This document shows positions 62,901 to 64,000 of a DNA stretch of 64,000 nt, piece by piece. Positions within the stretch are counted from its first letter, which is position 1. Each line of letters begins with the position of its first letter. The notes beneath the pieces were generated by a model. It was not told the origin of the DNA. It did no database searches and saw only the letters and a program-made list of their open reading frames with translations. Made by a program: the position numbers and the translations under genes. Origin of the DNA: an uncultured Gammaproteobacteria bacterium (GTDB lineage Bacteria > Patescibacteriota > Patescibacteriia > SG8-24); assembly GCA_964486995.1 (NCBI GenBank), contig CAZAOV010000001.1:95168-159167 (forward strand). The letters run 5' to 3'.

Positions 62901-63520
62901 GTACCGCCAGACGGCATCATGGAAGACGGACCGACGGTCAAGCTACCGGAACCGGAGCTAGCCGAGAGGCCCTTATCCTCGTTAATAGTGGCCGAGGCGG
63001 CCATAACAGCGGCTGGATCATAGTCGCCGCAGTCAGCGATATCCGCACCGATGGTGTAGTTCACAAAGAACGCATCCGGTACGTCATCGATCTTGGTGTT
63101 CCAGTCCGCACCATAAAGGCAAGTAGCGGTGGCTTCGTCGGCAACCCAGCGGAGGGTGCCATCCATGCCGACTGCATAGACCTTAGGATCGGTCTGGATC
63201 TTAACCATTCTGACACCAGGACGATAGGTGACGTTGCCGCCAATCGGCATCGCCGCCAGCTCGGCGTCAGTGATTGTCTGGACGGCGGAAAAATCCGCGT
63301 ACCAGGTATTGTAAGTTGGTTGATTCGGAAAGACGTAGCGCTTATCGTCCGCGCCGACGTAGTAAACCGCCGGCAGGGATCCGCGCACGAGGTCACCGGA
63401 AGCCGCAGCGTTCGCCGTAAGTGGCGTAACGAGCGCAGCCAAACCGATGGACCAAGCGATCGTTGCTGCAACAACAGCAACGGTGAACGCTCTCCTGCTC
63501 ATTCGTAAAACGTTATGCAT
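59996..63520 (-). CDS. probable major S-layer / surface protein
   Basis: 1174 aa; signal peptide ending ANAA; shared N-terminal domain; acidic G/A/T/V/D-rich beta modules; AAAGGA SD. Confidence 0.85.
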   Translation of the reverse strand: MHNVLRMSRRAFTVAVVAATIAWSIGLAALVTPLTANAAASGDLVRGSLPAVYYVGADDKRYVFPNQPTYNTWYADFSAVQTITDAELAAMPIGGNVTYRPGVRMVKIQTDPKVYAVGMDGTLRWVADEATATCLYGADWNTKIDDVPDAFFVNYTIGADIADCGDYDPAAVMAASATINEDKGLSASSGSGSLTVGPSSMMPSGGTLPKGATGVNVLKFDVMNGGSAALPLDSLTVRRTGPGEVDDFDAVYVYHGNDRLSNGRTLSGSSQETTFGNLGVSVGPGATESFWLAVDVDNPLDVDGDLADAGNVNAFQIVGLTSGTVSAAGTPVTGPSFTFAGVNAGQCEITDGGAVADIKAGEMGAKIGEFQLEATNEDAHFTRIAVEVGGVNAGDLSNFVLKQSGDTLATVAGLNDDLAVFILPAPFSLEDGSPRTFDLYADVSAAVDTNDVVRLDLDQVADLLCVGQSYGYGMATLDSWTPGDVGIEAGKLTAVLNGPASRDIATGASDVELLNITLSAQANLEVRNTGLTVTIVGGSNVNDVITDLKIVDTATGVTIAGPANTYNGVVEQDFDFTESYNIGAGSSRTLSVRADIEDAAGIVSDTVMVTWGDDAEDDLFNTGDVRNLDNGEDLDEDLDFVPATRLAGNDHGVVAPELTVATGSTPVAQTFIQGSTGVEVFGFGLTANDASDLYVDTITITGDDSSVVLDTVVMSGSLWNGSTQLGSLESPNTNEQFVFDNLNLLVPAGQTVGVTLKVDLRSSLGGLVANLEFDIDGGDLDGDVEDAEGEPLAATQIVGLPADGPNHNVALAGNLNVVRAPEDADTEAGIVVGGTSNAVLAKYKFTAENEEINVEDIVFTVVNGEAVGSLSLWDGSTLVGGPVGVTAGGVADFSSMTFVVPKDSHKTMTVKGNLNSVGASGADTGMEATVTMVETNFEARGTGSGSNTVLDGDNLNNGAGLPSNQIDGYVKVSRKSKPSVALVSLPGSLLTAGDVTASRFTVSADAAGAVALKGLVFEVQNQSNGNVDPVGTKSSVRRVGGDYIDGNVTVYSTDTDANCEDGEECTFAVVFDQEEVISAGSQVTYDLILDVANASTGTDSLSTKLLGDDAADTGDLDYDGVANGYSLLVDDTGSRFVWSDISLLAHDDLDDGSADWANGFYVNVLPTDSQTMSN

Positions 63521-63639
63521 AAACGTTGTTCCTTTTCTTTAGTTCCTTTCGTGCTTAGTGCTCGAAAGTATAGTTACCGCACGTAGTTCGCCGTATTAGC
63601 GAACCTCGACCTTTCAACTTAACGGGGGTTTAGATTATA
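63521..63639 (-). promoter_or_regulatory. promoter and structured 5' leader of the S-layer-like gene
   Basis: TATAAT at 63639-63634; hairpins GUUCGCU/GGCGAAC and CUUUCG/CGAAAG; SD. Confidence 0.55.
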
Positions 63640-63647
63640 TATCAGGT

Positions 63648-64000
63648 CTCGCGACCGTTCGTCGGGACCGTCCGGGGAACCTTTTTATTTGATTCCGCAT
63701 TCGGTTGAATCCGACTGCTATCCACCTTCGTCTATTACTTGAACGAAAGGCAGATGGCAGACGGATTCTGAACTCCCGACCGACAGTCCGTCCTAACGGT
63801 TGCCAGATCCCGTAACGAAATCCGTTCTTGACCGATTCCGTTACTGGAGCTTCAACTGTGTATTCTTCCGCTGACTCTGCTTATGTGTCATTCCTGCCTC
63901 CCGTGACTGGGCTTGCGCGGGGGGATGAGGAGCGTCTCGGAATTATCGGGCGGTCTCTTCGGTGTTTGTTTCGGTCAGCCCCTTGTCTTCCGCATCGGCG
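63648..64000 (+). ncRNA. candidate structured non-coding element, may extend past the window
   Basis: No ORF; multibranch fold closed by 63664-63674/63947-63957; G-U pairs on the plus strand. Confidence 0.4.

Noticed and set aside
60423-63508. Long antisense ORFs over the S-layer-like gene (also over rplI/NUDIX and murA)
   Set aside because: Shadow frames caused by codon bias of the real genes.

Overview
Bacterial chromosomal DNA (genetic code 11; TGA is used as stop), most consistent with a Patescibacteria/CPR genome, probably ABY1 (Uhrbacteria/Magasanikbacteria-like). That placement is inferred from gene content, not from a search. Left to right: orphan genes; a 1000-aa protein with two GGDEF-like domains; a murG-ftsW-lon-mraY block; a type IV pilus operon (pilB, pilC, three minor pilins, pilM/N/O, no secretin in the window); iscS/nifU; rpmA, pyrG, rplI, NUDIX, ctpA, murA; a PEGA protein; an rmlBCD/rmlA and glycosyltransferase region with two large GT-C-like membrane proteins; an S8 protease with FG-GAP-like repeats; three secreted proteins sharing one ~110-aa domain, the largest a probable S-layer protein; and a four-helix-bundle gene. 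The most unusual signals are: (i) two long non-coding, highly structured regions flanking the S-layer-like gene, which fold with G-U pairs mainly on the strand opposite the gene and share sequence motifs; (ii) inverted octamer arrays that bracket the four-helix-bundle gene and recur without a gene at other intergenic sites; (iii) the shared surface-protein domain; (iv) the sensor-less tandem GGDEF-like protein. No rRNA, tRNA, CRISPR array or transposase was recognised. RNA folds were read by eye, not computed.
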